Shown: piece after piece, positions 38,128-51,104 of the stretch
Numbering within the stretch: the stretch's first letter is position 1
How the letters are laid out: each line of letters begins with the position of its first letter
Source of the DNA: Octopus sinensis
Taxonomy: Eukaryota
Reading direction: 5' to 3'
NCBI RefSeq assembly: GCF_006345805.1
Contig: NC_043007.1
Coordinates: forward strand, 22,134,001 to 22,198,000
DNA length: 64,000 bases
The notes under the pieces: generated by a model
The model's database searches: none
Told to the model about the DNA's origin: nothing
The model's input: the letters and a program-made list of their open reading frames with translations, nothing else
Position numbers and translations under genes: made by a program

Positions 38128-38655
38128 GGGCTTCCACACACATATATATGCATGTATTTGTGTTCTCCATCCCCACAACTTGGCATCTAGTATTGGTTTA
38201 TTTATGCCCCGGTAACTTAGCAGTTTGGCAAAGAAGACCAATAGAATAAATACCAGACTTAAAAAGGTAAGTACTAGTGTTGATTTGTTTGACTAAACCC
38301 TTCAAGGTGCTGCCCTAGTATGGCCACAGTCCAGTGACTGAAGCAAGCAGAAGATAAATGATAAGTTACTGTAGCCTACATTTTTATGGATATTTTAAAA
38401 TTACCATTTATATTCTCTGTATGTTTGTACTTAGTTTAAAAGTATGGATAAAAAAGATTTGTTGATCAATTATGAATTAAAAAAAAAAAAAAAATTATAA
38501 CGAGATTTGTTTACTCTGGGTGCCATGCAGTAGGACTGAACCTGTAGCCATACAGTTTGCAAAATGACCTTAACTACAGAACCATTTTATGCAGTAGTTA
38601 TTTTTTATTTGAGTTTGTTAGGAAACATATAAATTAACCACTACACCATATGCCT

Positions 38656-38917
38656 GGACACATGGCGTAATGGTTAAGAATGCAGGCTACTAACCTCAAA
38701 ATTCCGAGTTCGATTCCAGGCAGTGACCTGAATAATAACAATAACATTGAAAAATACCTTAGGAATGAAAACCCAGGTTTGAAATTTACCCAAGACACCT
38801 GATGAAGGCTGGAGGGTATATCAGACGAAACGTTGTGTTAACAACAAACAAGATGGGGACAAATATCCGTCAAATATAAATAATGTACATAATTACTCAT
38901 CTCTTAAATATAGAACT
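38656..38917 (+). mobile_element. tRNA-headed SINE-like element containing a minimal hammerhead motif
   Basis: A box TGGCGTAATGG 38663-38673, B box GAGTTCGATTCC 38706-38717, hammerhead core at 38794-38839. The 3' boundary is approximate. Confidence 0.65.
38794..38839 (+). ncRNA. Minimal type I hammerhead ribozyme motif (Penelope-like)
   Basis: Stem I GACAC/GTGTT; CTGATGA plus one extra A; stem II GGCTGG/TCAGAC (one mismatch); GAAA; palindromic ACGT stem III; triplet GTT. Confidence 0.6.
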
Positions 38918-39328
38918 GAACATATGAATTGTCAATTTTTTTGTAAATATCTTATGTGAGGATACAATTTCTCCATTAATTCATTATTATAAAGCAGAAT
39001 AAATTTGTTTATTCAATTCTGTTATATATATATAAGGCAGCTAGCTGGCAGAATCGTTAGCATGCCGGGCGAAATGCGTAGCCGTATTTCGTCTGATGTT
39101 ATGTTCTGAGTTCAAATTCTGCCGAGGTCGGCTTTGCCTTTCATCCTTTCAGGGTCGATAAATGAAGTACCAGTTACGCACTGGGGTCGATGTAACCGAC
39201 TTAATCCCTTTGTCTGTCCTTGTTTGTCCCCTCTATGTTTAGCCCCTTGTGGGCAATAAAGAAATATATATATATTCACACATATATATCTTCTTATTTT
39301 GGGTTTCAAAATATTGATTTCTTTTCAG

Positions 39329-39472
39329 TTGAATATCTTGGAAAGATCTTTTTACTCCTTCTACGTGTGTACTGCTGTCAGAAAATTCTTTTTCTTCCTT
39401 GATCCTATGCGAACTGGAAAGATTAAAATTCTGGATATCCTTGCCTGTGGTTTTCTTGATAATTTATTAGAG
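39329..39472 (+). CDS. PPP2R3C: PPP2R3C exon 8
   Basis: LNILERSFYSFYVCTAVRKFFFFLDPMRTGKIKILDILACGFLDNLLE. Confidence 0.95.
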
Positions 39473-40803
39473 GTAAGTTTGGATTGGCAGAGAACACATA
39501 CTAGCATCAATTATCACTGATCTAACAAGAGAATTTAGATAAGTGACAGTTTACATCGTCATCATTTAACATTCTCCTTCCAAGCTGGTATAGGTTGGAC
39601 AGTTTGACAGGAGCTGACAGAAGATTGTGCCATGCTTTAGTGTCTGCTTCGGCCTGGTTTCTAGGGCTGGATGCCCTTCCTAATGTCATCCACTTTACAA
39701 AATGTACTGTGTGCTTTATGTGGCACCAGCAGCAGGAGGGTTACCAAGTAACTTGCAACGCAAAATCCCTCAAATTATGTTATGACTGAGCCTTTATAGA
39801 GTCATTCCAACTGCTGGAAATAGCAACTGAATTTCCTTTCAGATCATACTCTGACATCTTAAAAAAGATCACATTTTATAATATGGTCCAAAATGCACTT
39901 TCTGGAAATAAAAAAGATGGGTTGGTCACAATTGGAACGCTTTTGTTCAAATGTTAGCTTGCTTAAGGCTGACCAGAGGCCAAAGAAAAGCAATAACAAT
40001 TTGTTTACATAAGATGAGAATGCAGGACAGGCAGCCGTGTTGCTATGCATATGTGGTATGAAGTAATGATGAGTGCTGGGTGAGAGTGACAGTTGTTTAT
40101 TATCAATAGTGGGTGTCATGTAAGAGAGTGAGATATGGGAATAAATGGTGACATCAGATTTCAGGATGATGGTCTCACAAATATGGTGATGCATAATAGA
40201 AACATATGGCTTAATGCCATATCTGTCCCACCTGTGCTAATATTGAAAAAGGCAGCGAGCTGGGAGAATCGTTAGCACGCCAGGTGAAATGCTTAGCGGT
40301 ATTTCGTCTGCCGCTATGTTCTGAGTTCAAATTCCGCCGAGGTTGACTTTGCCTTTCATCCTTTCGGGGTTGATTAAATAAGTACCAGTTCTGCACTGGG
40401 GTCAATGTAATCGACTTAATCCATTTGTCTGTTCGTTGTTTGTCCCCTCTGTGTTTAGCCCCTTGTGGGTAGTAAAGAAATAGGTATTTTGCCTGCCATT
40501 ATGTTCTGAGTTCAAATTCTGCTAAGGTTAACTTTGCCTTTCATCCTTTTGGGATCGATTAAATAAGTACCAGTTCCGCACTGGGGTCGATGTAATCGAC
40601 TTAATCCCTTTGTCTCTCCTTGTTTGTCCCCTCTATGTTTAGGCCCCTGCGGACAATAAAGAAATAAATATTGAAAAATGGAAGTTAAAAGGTGTAAAGG
40701 TGCTTGGATTCCTTTAACCCTATTCCCTACAATACATCTGTACTTCCTCATTTTATTCTATGAAGTCTACTTAGTTCACGAAAGTATTGGAGTCCTTTCT
40801 TAA

Positions 40804-41032
40804 ACCCTTTAGCATTCAGATTATTCAGTCAAATGTAATGCTTATTTATTCACAGTGCTTTTACTTAATCATGTGTTATCTTGCAGCTTCAAGATTTCAA
40901 TGATATGGTTGTTTATTTTTAGAATGACGTAGGATAGGTGTGAAAGGCCAGATCTGGCCAGTGTGAATATACAAAAAAAACAAAACAGATAGAATATTTG
41001 GACTGGATATGGCCTGTTAAAAAGCTAAAGGG
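40804..41032. mobile_element. piggyBac-like MITE (second family)
   Basis: TTAA...CCCTTTAGC / GCTAAAGGG|TTAA. Interrupted copies at 8705-9242, 9882-10350 and 35553-36140. Confidence 0.75.
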
Positions 41033-42015
41033 TTAACATTAGGTAGACCTCATAGCATAAACACTGAATATATTTTCTATATAAAACATAAAAAAACATC
41101 AACAGTTTCAACTGGCTGCTAAAGTCAACAAAACATTTTCTAAATTTATTAGCTATTCCTGTTATTGGTTATAGATTCTAGATTTCAGACCAATAAATGT
41201 ACTAAGTTCAAACTCATCCTTTTTTTTCTTCTTTGAAGTGAAGCATATTATTGTTCTTAACAACACCATTTTGTTTGCTTATATTACATCCTGTTTCTTA
41301 GTATTTTTGAATTTTGAACTTAACTTCAGTGATCTAACAATGGTTGATGTTAATAATAAAGTTGGTTTGTATGGTGTATGTGTTCCCCAGCTGGATGTGA
41401 CGCCAGTCCATCGCAGCGTTACTCATTTTTGCCAGCTGAGTGGACTGGAGCAACGTGAAATGAAGTGTTTTGCTCAAGAACACAACGCGTCGCCCCGTCC
41501 AGGAATCGAAACCACAATCTTACGATCATGATGCTGACACCCTAACCAATAAGCCACGCGCCTCCACAAAATAAATGCACCCTTTTTAAAGCCTAGCCAG
41601 GCTCATGGGCCCGGTTTCCATGGCGTATGTGTTCCCCAGCTGGACGGGACGCCAGTCCATTGCAGGATTACTCATTTTTGCCAGCTGAGTGGACTGGAGC
41701 AACGTGAAATGAAGTGTTTTGCTCAAGAACACAATGCGTCGCCCAGTTCAGGAATCGAAACCACAATCTTACAATCATGAGTTCAACACCCTAACCACTA
41801 AGTCACATGCCTCCACTGATGTTAATAATGCTGCACTAGATAACCTTGTCTGTCAGTCTGACTGACTGACAGAGCTTCAGTTATAATGCCACAAATAGTG
41901 TAGGAATCCTTTGAGAGGATTTGACTAGATAAAAAGATGCTTTTGTTCTAGATATGGTAACGTACTGCTCCAGTTTACCAGTTTGTAATATTATTTTTTT
42001 TGTTTTTTTTTGTAG

Positions 42016-42152
42016 TTACGTGATGAAGAACTCTCTAAAGAAATGCAAGAATCAAACTGGTTTTCAGCGCCGTCTGCTTTGCGTGTATATGGTCAGTATC
42101 TAAATTTAGATAAAGACCACAATGGTATGCTTAGCAAAGAAGAATTATCCAG
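42016..42152 (+). CDS. PPP2R3C: PPP2R3C exon 9
   Basis: LRDEELSKEMQESNWFSAPSALRVYGQYLNLDKDHNGMLSKEELS(R), an EF-hand-like region. Confidence 0.95.
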
Positions 42153-42385
42153 GTAATTATTATTACATCGTGGCCATTTGCCAGCCTTTTTACGTGCCAC
42201 CTGCATGGGGGCCAGGCGAGGCTGGCAACGGCCACGTTCGGATTTTAATAAAATAAGTACCAGTTGAACACTGGGGTTGATATAATCAACTTACCTCCTT
42301 CCCTAAAATTGCCGGCCTTGTGCCAAAATTAGAAAGAATTATTTCTAAGTTTTTATGATTTTAAGTTAATTTTTTCCCACCACAG

Positions 42386-42461
42386 ATATGGTACAGGAAC
42401 TTTGACTGATGTCTTTCTTGACAGAATATTCCAGGAATGCTTAACTTATGATGGAGAAATG
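42386..42461 (+). CDS. PPP2R3C: PPP2R3C exon 10 (copy a)
   Basis: YGTGTLTDVFLDRIFQECLTYDGEM, 76 nt, CAG/GTTAGT boundaries. Confidence 0.9.
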
Positions 42462-43834
42462 GTTAGTATTGAAAACCTTTGTAGGTTGCTATATTTTTAG
42501 ATTTGTTTCTATGTAACTTTTTATTGGCATCTGCCTTCCTTCTTATCCTCATCATCTTGTTTGTTGTTTATATTTCTCAATTTGATTTCTTTTTTTTTTA
42601 ATTTGTAGATATGGAGTAGATTTATTTGTTTCTCAAACCCAGATATTTGAGAGTCCTGAGTTAAAGACTCGGGATCACCACTTCAAAATTATTTCTATCT
42701 TATTTAGATAACAGCAGTTTTAGAATTTTTAGGTTGCAAAAGTTTTAGAAATTAATTAAAATTGGTTCAATAGTTCAACCAGGATTCAATGATAAATTTC
42801 GGCTAGAAATTATTTTCGTAAATGTTGATTGCATATAAACTAGTTTCATTGCTTTTAAATGAAGGTAACTGGCCTAAAGAGTCTTAGGGCACAAGAAAAA
42901 ATAAAATCACATCATTGAAAGCTTGAACAATGAATAAATAAGCATCACATTTCACAGAAATCCGAATGCGGAAGAGTTGAAGCAGTTAATGTTAGGAAAT
43001 GAAATTAATTCTGCTTGTTGATTATGATGTTAGTATTAAGATATTTTTTAGTTTCATGATTGGATAGATAAAATTTGCATCCTTGTGAACTTGCAAATAA
43101 ATTATAATATTCAATTTATGTGCCATGTAAAAAGCACCCCATGCTGGTACCATGTTAAAATGCACCTGTGTCAGCACCGTGTAGAAGGCACCCGTGCTGG
43201 TGCCATGTGAAGAGCATCCGTGCTAGCATGAAGTAAAAATGCATCTTGGTCTGTACCATGTGAATAGCACCCAGTGCACTCTGTAAAGTGATTGGCATTA
43301 GGAAGGGCATCCTGCGATAGAAACAATTCCACTAAAGAGACCCGGTGCAGTCCTCTGGCTTGCCAGCTCCTATCAAACTGTCCAGCAGAGAAAATGAACA
43401 TTTAATGATGATAATCATCTTTTAGCGTCCGCTTTCCAACCTAGTATGGGTTGGACGGTTCAACTGGGGTCTGGGAAGCCTGGAGGCTGCACCAGGCCCA
43501 GTCTGATCTGGCAATGTTTCTTCGGCTGGATGCCCTTCCTAACGCCAACCACTCCGTGTGTGTAGTGGGTGCTTTTTACGTGCCACTGGCACAGGTGCCA
43601 GACGAGGCTGGCAAAATGCCATGATCGGATGGTGCTTTTTACATGCCACCAGCATGGGGGCCAGGCGAGGCTGGCAACGGCCACGTTCGGATTTTAATAA
43701 AATAAGTACCAGTTGAACACTGGGGTTGATATAATCAACTTACCTCCTTCCCTAAAATTGCCGGCCTTGTGCCAAAATTAGAAAGAATTATTTCTAAGTT
43801 TTTATGATTTTAAGTTAATTTTTTCCCACCACAG

Positions 43835-43910
43835 ATATGGTACAGGAACTTTGACTGATGTCTTTCTTGACAGAATATTCCAGGAATGCTTAACTTATGA
43901 TGGAGAAATG
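43835..43910 (+). CDS. PPP2R3C: PPP2R3C exon 10 (copy b, identical)
   Basis: Identical exon and splice sites 1449 bp downstream of copy a. Confidence 0.7.
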
Positions 43911-45257
43911 GTTAGTATTGAAAACCTTTGTAGGTTGCTATATTTTTAGATTTGTTTCTATGTAACTTTTTATTGGCATCTGCCTTCCTTCTTATCCTCA
44001 TCATCTTGTTTGTTGTTTATATTTCTCAATTTGATTTCTTTTTTTTTTAATTTGTAGATATGGAGTAGATTTATTTGTTTCTCAAACCCAGATATTTGAG
44101 AGTCCTGAGTTAAAGACTCGGGATCACCACTTCAAAATTATTTCTATCTTATTTAGATAACAGCAGTTTTAGAATTTTTAGGTTGCAAAAGTTTTAGAAA
44201 TTATTAAAATTGGTTCAATAGTTCAACCAGGATTCAATGATAAATTTCGGCTAGAAATTATTTTCGTAAATGTTGATTGCATATAAACTAGTTTCATTGC
44301 TTTTAAATGAAGGTAACTGGCCTAAAGAGTCTTAGGGCACAAGAAAAAATAAAATCACATCATTGAAAGCTTCAACAATGAATAAATAAGCATCACATTT
44401 CACAGAAATCCGAATGCGGAAGAGTTGAAGCAGTTAATGTTAGGAAATGAAATTAATTCTGCTTGTTGATTATGATGTTAGTATTAAGATATTTTTTAGT
44501 TTCATGATTGGATAGATAAAATTTGCATCCTTGTGAACTTGCAAATAAATTATAATATTCAATTTATGTGCCATGTAAAAAGCACCCCATGCTGGTACCA
44601 TGTTAAAATGCACCTGTGTCAGCACCGTGTAGAAGGCACCCGTGCTGGTGCCATGTGAAGAGCATCCGTGCTAGCATGAAGTAAAAATGCATCTTGGTCT
44701 GTACCATGTGAATAGCACCCAGTGCACTCTGTAAAGTGATTGGCATTAGGAAGGGCATCCTGCGATAGAAACAATTCCACTAAAGAGACCCGGTGCAGTC
44801 CTCTGGCTTGCCAGCTCCTATCAAACTGTCCAGCAGAGAAAATGAACATTTAATGATGATAATCATCTTTTAGCGTCCGCTTTCCAACCTAGTATGGGTT
44901 GGACGGTTCAACTGGGGTCTGGGAAGCCTGGAGGCTGCACCAGGCCCAGTCTGATCTGGCAATGTTTCTTCGGCTGGATGCCCTTCCTAACGCCAACCAC
45001 TCCGTGTGTGTAGTGGGTGCTTTTTACGTGCCACTGGCACAGGTGCCAGACGAGGCTGGCAAAATGCCATGATCGGATGGTGCTTTTTACATGCCACCAG
45101 CATGGGGGCCAGGCGAGGCTGGCAATGGCCACGAACGGATGGTGCTTTTTACGTGCCACCAGCACTAATTTTTAATTGAATATCAAAAAATATCTTTAAT
45201 AGCCTTTTTCCAAAACTTAATGATTCATTAGTCTAATATTTCTAATTTATTTTTCAG

Positions 45258-45395
45258 GACTACAAAACTTACCTTGATTTTGTTTTAGCCCTGGAGAACC
45301 GGAAAGAGCCTCAGTCATTACAGTACCTTTTTCGTATTTTAGACGTACAGCAGAAAGGTTATCTTGATACATTCTCACTTAATTATTTTTATCGA
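45258..45395 (+). CDS. PPP2R3C: PPP2R3C exon 11
   Basis: DYKTYLDFVLALENRKEPQSLQYLFRILDVQQKGYLDTFSLNYFYR. Confidence 0.95.
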
Positions 45396-45586
45396 GTAAG
45401 TACACAGTTTTATCCTTCCTGCCAGAATTGATTTGGCTTCAGGTGCTAATGTTTACCTGAGATACAGTCTACTCTTTCATAGGTTTCTTTTTTCTTGTGC
45501 CCTAAGACTCTTCAGGCCAGTTACCTGACCTTAGGAGTCCGAGCAAAAGATAAAAGATATAATACAAAATCTAAAACTGTTTACAA

Positions 45587-46720
45587 ATAATAATAATAAT
45601 AATAATAATAATGAAATTATTGTATACAGTGCTCAGGTGCACCACAACTTGTCAAAAGTGCGTATAAAGCATATGCAGTAATGTACAAATGTCTGGGAAG
45701 TGAACAGTGTATGAGTTGGATACATGCTTGTGTGTGTATGGAGGAGAGAAAAATCAGGTGTAGTGTTGGCGAATCTCAGGAATCATGGAAGTTTTGAAGG
45801 ATGCAGTGCTCCGACTTTTGAAGGATGTATGTATGTAAAATAATGATAATAATAATGAAATTATTGTATACAGTGCTCAGGTGCACCACAACTTGTCAAA
45901 AGTGCGTATAAAACATATGCATTAATGTACAAATGTCTGGAAAGTGAACAGTGTATGAGTCAGATACATGCTTGTGTGTGTATGGAGGGGAGAAAAATTA
46001 GGTGTAGTGTTGGCGAATCTCAGGAATCATGGAAGTTTTGAAGGATGCAGTGCTCCGACTTTTGAAGGATGTATGTATGTATAATAATAATGAAATTATT
46101 GTATACAGTGCTCAGGTGCACCACAACTTGTCAAAAGTGCGTATAAAACATATGCATTAATGTACAAATGTCTGGGAAGTGAACAGTGTATGAGTCAGAT
46201 ACATGCTTGCGTGTGTATGGAGGGGAGGAAATCAGGTGTAGTGTTGGCCAATCTCAGGAAGCATGGAAGTTTTGAAGGATGCAGTGCTCCAACGACTAAC
46301 AACAGATGCCGGCAGTTTGTTCCATGCTTCAGCAACTCTTAGCGTGAAAAAATGTTGTTTTCTGACTTTGTAAACATGTCCATGGGTGTTAGACAGGTGG
46401 AGTTTGAAAAGGTGCTCAGAGTTATTGTTAGTAAGATGGTTAATAATTTTATGGGTGTCTGCCAAGTCAGCTGCCAGACGTCGGAGTTTCAATGTATCCA
46501 TGCCCAGGGAAGTAAGGCGTTCAGAATATGGCAAATGCCTGATGGAGGGTATTCTCTTGGTTGCACGTTGCTGAACGGCTTGCAAACGATTAATATCCTG
46601 GGCAAGATAGGGGTTCCAGACCGGTGATGCAAATTCCAGGTGAGGTCGCACCATAGCTATATAAAGCCGCAGATAGATACAGAAGTACATAAATACAGTA
46701 GCACCTTGGTTTTCAGACAA
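45587..46720 (-). mobile_element. CR1-type LINE 3' fragment with a triplicated 3' end
   Basis: LYIAMVRPHLEFASPVWNPY...LRVAEAWNKLP. The 3' block with an (ATT)n tail repeats at 45612, 45856 and 46091. Confidence 0.85.
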
Positions 46721-46748
46721 CTCTGATTACGAATAAATTGTGCCTTAC

Positions 46749-46784
<36 letters not shown>

Positions 46785-47296
46785 CATGATTTATTTCTGA
46801 TTAGAGTTGTATGAAAACCGAGGTGCTACTGTACTTGAATTTAACAGATTTCGATGTGTATAGACTCTAATGAACATTAACATTACTTAGGTGCCTAAAG
46901 GCGGCGAGCTGGCAGAAATGTTAGCATGCCGGGCGAAATGCTTAGCAGTATTTTGTGTCTTCACGTTCTGAGTTCAAATTCCGCCGAGGTCGACTTTGCC
47001 TTTCATGGTCAATAAATTAAGTATCAGTTGCATACAGGGGTCGATCTAATCGACTGGCCTCCTCCCCAAAAATTTTGGGCCTTGTGCTTAGAGTACAAAA
47101 GAGTAAATTAAGTACCAGTTGCATACTGGGGTCAATCTAATCAAATGGGCCCCTCCCTCCAAATTTCAGGCCTTGTGCCTAGAGTAGAAAGGATTATTTA
47201 GCTGTCTAAACTGAACTGAGTAGAATTAATGAGTATGTTACATATTGGATGGGTATGTTACATATTCATAAAAAACTAGTCTAAGGATATATTTAA

Positions 47297-47695
47297 CTAG
47301 CAGTATAGCCCGGCGTTGCTCGGGCTTGTTTTCTTTTCGACCCTTTAGAATTGGAATTTTTGAAAAGTAAAAATTTTGCCTTATGTAGCTTGTTATTCTT
47401 GTTAAGTGAACATTTTTCTGGTTGAAATACACAGAAAAATGGCGACACAGCAGTCAAAAGATCGTAAAAAATAGGGATTTTCATAGAAAAAAAACACCTT
47501 TTTGATGTAAATAATTTTTGGTGTTAATATGGTCCAATTTGAATTTTTTTCTTCTACGGAAGGAAGAGCAAGCCTTCTTCTATCATACTCTCAATTTTGG
47601 TCAACTTGCGCCGTAGGGTCTTGGAGGAGATAGTGTTAATTGAAGGCTACCAAACCTGCCATACACAGACAACTTCAGCTTTATATAGAGAGAGA
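47297..47695 (-). mobile_element. Helitron-like element (same family as 4564)
   Basis: TCTCT...CTAG termini, A|T junction, no TSD. Confidence 0.75.
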
Positions 47696-47782
47696 TTAAA
47701 AAGCTAAATGAATGTATTGTGCAGTTAAGTTAAATTTTTATCCTATGTTTTACGTTTAGTTATGCAAATTAAATTCTTTCAG

Positions 47783-47910
47783 GCTATTCAAGAACAAATG
47801 AAAAGACATAAGCAAGAGCCAATTTTATTTGAAGACGTTAGAGATGAAATATTTGATATGGTGAAACCAAAAGAACCTTTTAAAATAACTTTACAAGATT
47901 TAATCCATAG
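47783..47910 (+). CDS. PPP2R3C: PPP2R3C exon 12
   Basis: AIQEQMKRHKQEPILFEDVRDEIFDMVKPKEPFKITLQDLIH(S). Confidence 0.95.
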
Positions 47911-50267
47911 GTGAGTTTATTTTTTTTTATTTTAGGACAAATAAGTACTGGCTATGCATTGTTGACTCTACATAACACACGGTCATGATCATCCACATTT
48001 AACCTCTGTTTTCCATGCTGGCATCAGTTGGACAATTTAGCAGGAGCTGACCAGCTGAAGGGCTGTTCAGGTTCCTTGTCTGTCATGGCTTGGTTTCTGT
48101 GGCTGGATGCCTTTCCTAATGCCAACCACTTTGCAGAGTGTACTAGGTGCTTTTACACAGGACTGGCACTGGTACTCCTACGTGACATCTGCACAGGTGC
48201 TTTTTATGTGACACCTGCACTTTATTTTCTGATTTAGGTCTGAGACTTGTTTTTAACTTCTTTCAGGATACTAAACATGAAAATCATTAGTTTTTGTTTT
48301 CCACATCAATTTTTTTATTTTGTGACATGTCTTGTTTTTTAAAAGTATCTGATAACAATGACACCGATGCACATATTTTGGTGTCTTACAGGTTACACAT
48401 ATTCTTGGTTGGAGGCGTGTGGCTCAGTGGTTAGAGCATTGAGCTGCGTGTTGTGTTCTTGAGCAAAACACTTTATTTCACATTGCTCCAGTTCACTCAG
48501 CTGTAGAAATGAGTTGGGACGTCACTAGTGCCAAGCTGTATCGGCCCTTGCCTTTCCCTTGGATAACACTGGCGACGTGGAGAGGGGAGGCCAGTATGCA
48601 TGGGCGACTACTGGTCTTCCATAAACAAACTTGCCTGGACTTGTGCCTGTGAGGGTAACTTTCTAGGTGCAATCCCATGGTCTGTGTCGTGACCGAAGGG
48701 GTCTCAGATATTCTTGGTTATCTTTTGAATTCTAATTCTATATAAATCACCAATTTTATCCTATCACTTCTAGTTGTGTAGATACAGCAGCCTCCTTTAT
48801 CTCTTAATGTAACCTGTAGTGCACTGAAATTTAGGGGCCCCAAGTTGTACCTAAATTTTGATGCATTAGAGGTTAGACCTGTTTTGGGGTATATTTAGGG
48901 TTACTGAAGCCAAAAATCACTTCAGTTTTGATCTCTCTGCTCTGATTAATTAACTATCTGCTATTTTGAAATGCGTGGCCATATTTCGTCTGCCGTTACG
49001 TTCTGGGTTCAAATTCCGCCGAGGTCGACTTTGCCTTTCATCCTTTCAAGGTCGATAAATTAAGCACCAGTTACGCACTGGGGTCGATGTAATTGACTTA
49101 ATCCCTTTGTCTGTCCTCTCTGTGTTTAGCCCCTTGTGGGTAGTAAAGAAATATATATATATATATATGATGGGCTCCTTTCAGTTTCCATCTACCAAAT
49201 CCACTCACAAGGCTTTGGTCAGGTCGAGGCTATAGAAGAAAACACATTGCCCTAGGTGCCATATTTTTTCAACCGTTCTGATCATTTTGGCCGCCATGGA
49301 TTTTGCAGTAAATCACTAAATCATCCATAACTTTTGTAGTATCCTCTCAAATTGCATCAAAATCTCAGACAATAACAAATAATGTCGTATTTATTGTCTG
49401 AAAATTATAGATTATAAAACAACTTTGATAAAAAATTATACCTACTTTTCTGACGAAAACAATACCGTTCCGAACATTTTGGCCGCAACTGTATATATAT
49501 ATTCATATGCACGCGTGCACACAGACACGTGTGTGTCTTTGTGGTCTATTTGTCCCCAATCACCACTTGACAACCGGTGTTGGTGTGTTTGTATCCCATA
49601 ACTTAGCAATTCAGCAAAAGAGACTGATAGGATAAGTATACTCTTTACTCTTTTACTTGTTTCGGTCATTTGACTACGGCCATGCTGGAGCACCGCCTTT
49701 AATCGAGCAACTCGACCCCGGGACTTATTCTTTGTAAGCCCAGTACTTATTCTATCGGCCTCTCTTTTGCCGAACCGCTAAGTAACGGGGACATAAACAC
49801 ACCAGCATCGGTTGTCAAGCAATGCTAGGGGGACAGACACACGCGCATATATATACACATATATATACACGACAGGCTTCTTTCAGTTCCGTCTACCAAA
49901 TCCACTCACAAGGCTTTGGTCGGCCCGAGGCTATAGTAGAAGACACTTGCCCAAGATGCCACACAGTGGGACTGAACCCGGAACCATGTGGCTGGTTAGC
50001 AAGCTACTTACCACACAGCTGCGCCTATCAGGTTTTAGAAAAACAAATTAATACTGGAGTTGATTCAGTCAACTAAAAAAAGATCATTCAAGGTGGTGCT
50101 CCAGCATGGCCATGCTCTAAAGACTGAAACAAGTAAAAGGGAAAACGGAAAAAAAAATTTTGAAACGATTCTCTCCCTTTAAGCACACACACACACTGCT
50201 TGTCATTTTGTTTCCTTCTCTCTCTCAATACAAAAACGTTTATATTGTTGTTTTCTGTTTATTTCAG

Positions 50268-50388
50268 TGGCAAGGGAGACACTGTGTTGAGCATTCTTAT
50301 AGATCTTAATGACTTCTGGACTTACGAGAACCGAGAATATATTGTTCTTGATGGCTCAAAAGAAGAAGATGAGATATACAAAATTTAA
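50268..50388 (+). CDS. PPP2R3C: PPP2R3C exon 13 (last coding exon)
   Basis: GKGDTVLSILIDLNDFWTYENRE...KI-stop. The 13 exons total 1389 nt (462 aa). AATAAA at 50447 and 50570. Confidence 0.93.
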
Positions 50389-51104
50389 AAAGATTTATGA
50401 AAAGATTTAGATATATATATATATATATTTTTTTAGCTGTTTAAAAAATAAATTGAAGGTGTCTTTTGTAAAGAAGTTCCTCAAAAAATAAGCATGTTTT
50501 AAAGTCATTTATTTTTCCTCTGAATTTAAAGAAACAAATATTTTTTTCCTTTATAAAATAGGATTTTCCAATAAAACAGAAAATAACTGAGAAATTTAAT
50601 TTAATGTAATTACTTCTCTTTTTTTAAGTATATTTTGTGTTGTTCCTTCTCGAGCCATGCCTGGCTCATAAGGGCCGGTTTCCCGGTTTCCTTGGCGTAT
50701 AGGTTCCCCACCTGGATGGGACGCCAGTTCGTCACAGGTGAGCTGCAAGATGCAGGAGGAAAGAGTGAGAGAAAGTTGTGGCGAAAGAGTCAGAAGTTCA
50801 CCTTTACCTTCTGCCAGAGCCACATGGATCTTAGGTGTTTTGCTCATAAGCACACACATCACCCGGTATGGGATTCGAACCTGCAATCCCTTGACTGAGT
50901 CCGCTGCGCTAACCACTAGGCTATGTGGATCCACATAGTATATTTTGGCATGTGAATATGTATGTAGCTCTTTATTCTGAGGATCATCAGTTAATGCTCA
51001 CTTTTTCATGCTTGCATGGGTCAGACACATTTGTTGAGATAGATTTTCTATGGCCAGATGCCCTTCCTGTAGCAAACTCTAACCTGTTTCCAAGCAAGGA
51101 AATA

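Larger units (their letters stand above)
42187..45133. repeat. Tandem duplication of about 1449 bp containing PPP2R3C exon 10
   Basis: Units 42187-43635 and 43636-45083, with about 50 bp of terminal homology to 45133. Differences noticed by eye: G42925/C44373 and a 1-bp indel near 42754/44203. Confidence 0.92.

Noticed and set aside
38656-38728. Bona fide tRNA gene
   Set aside because: The acceptor and T stems have mismatches and the anticodon arm is poor. It is better explained as a SINE head.
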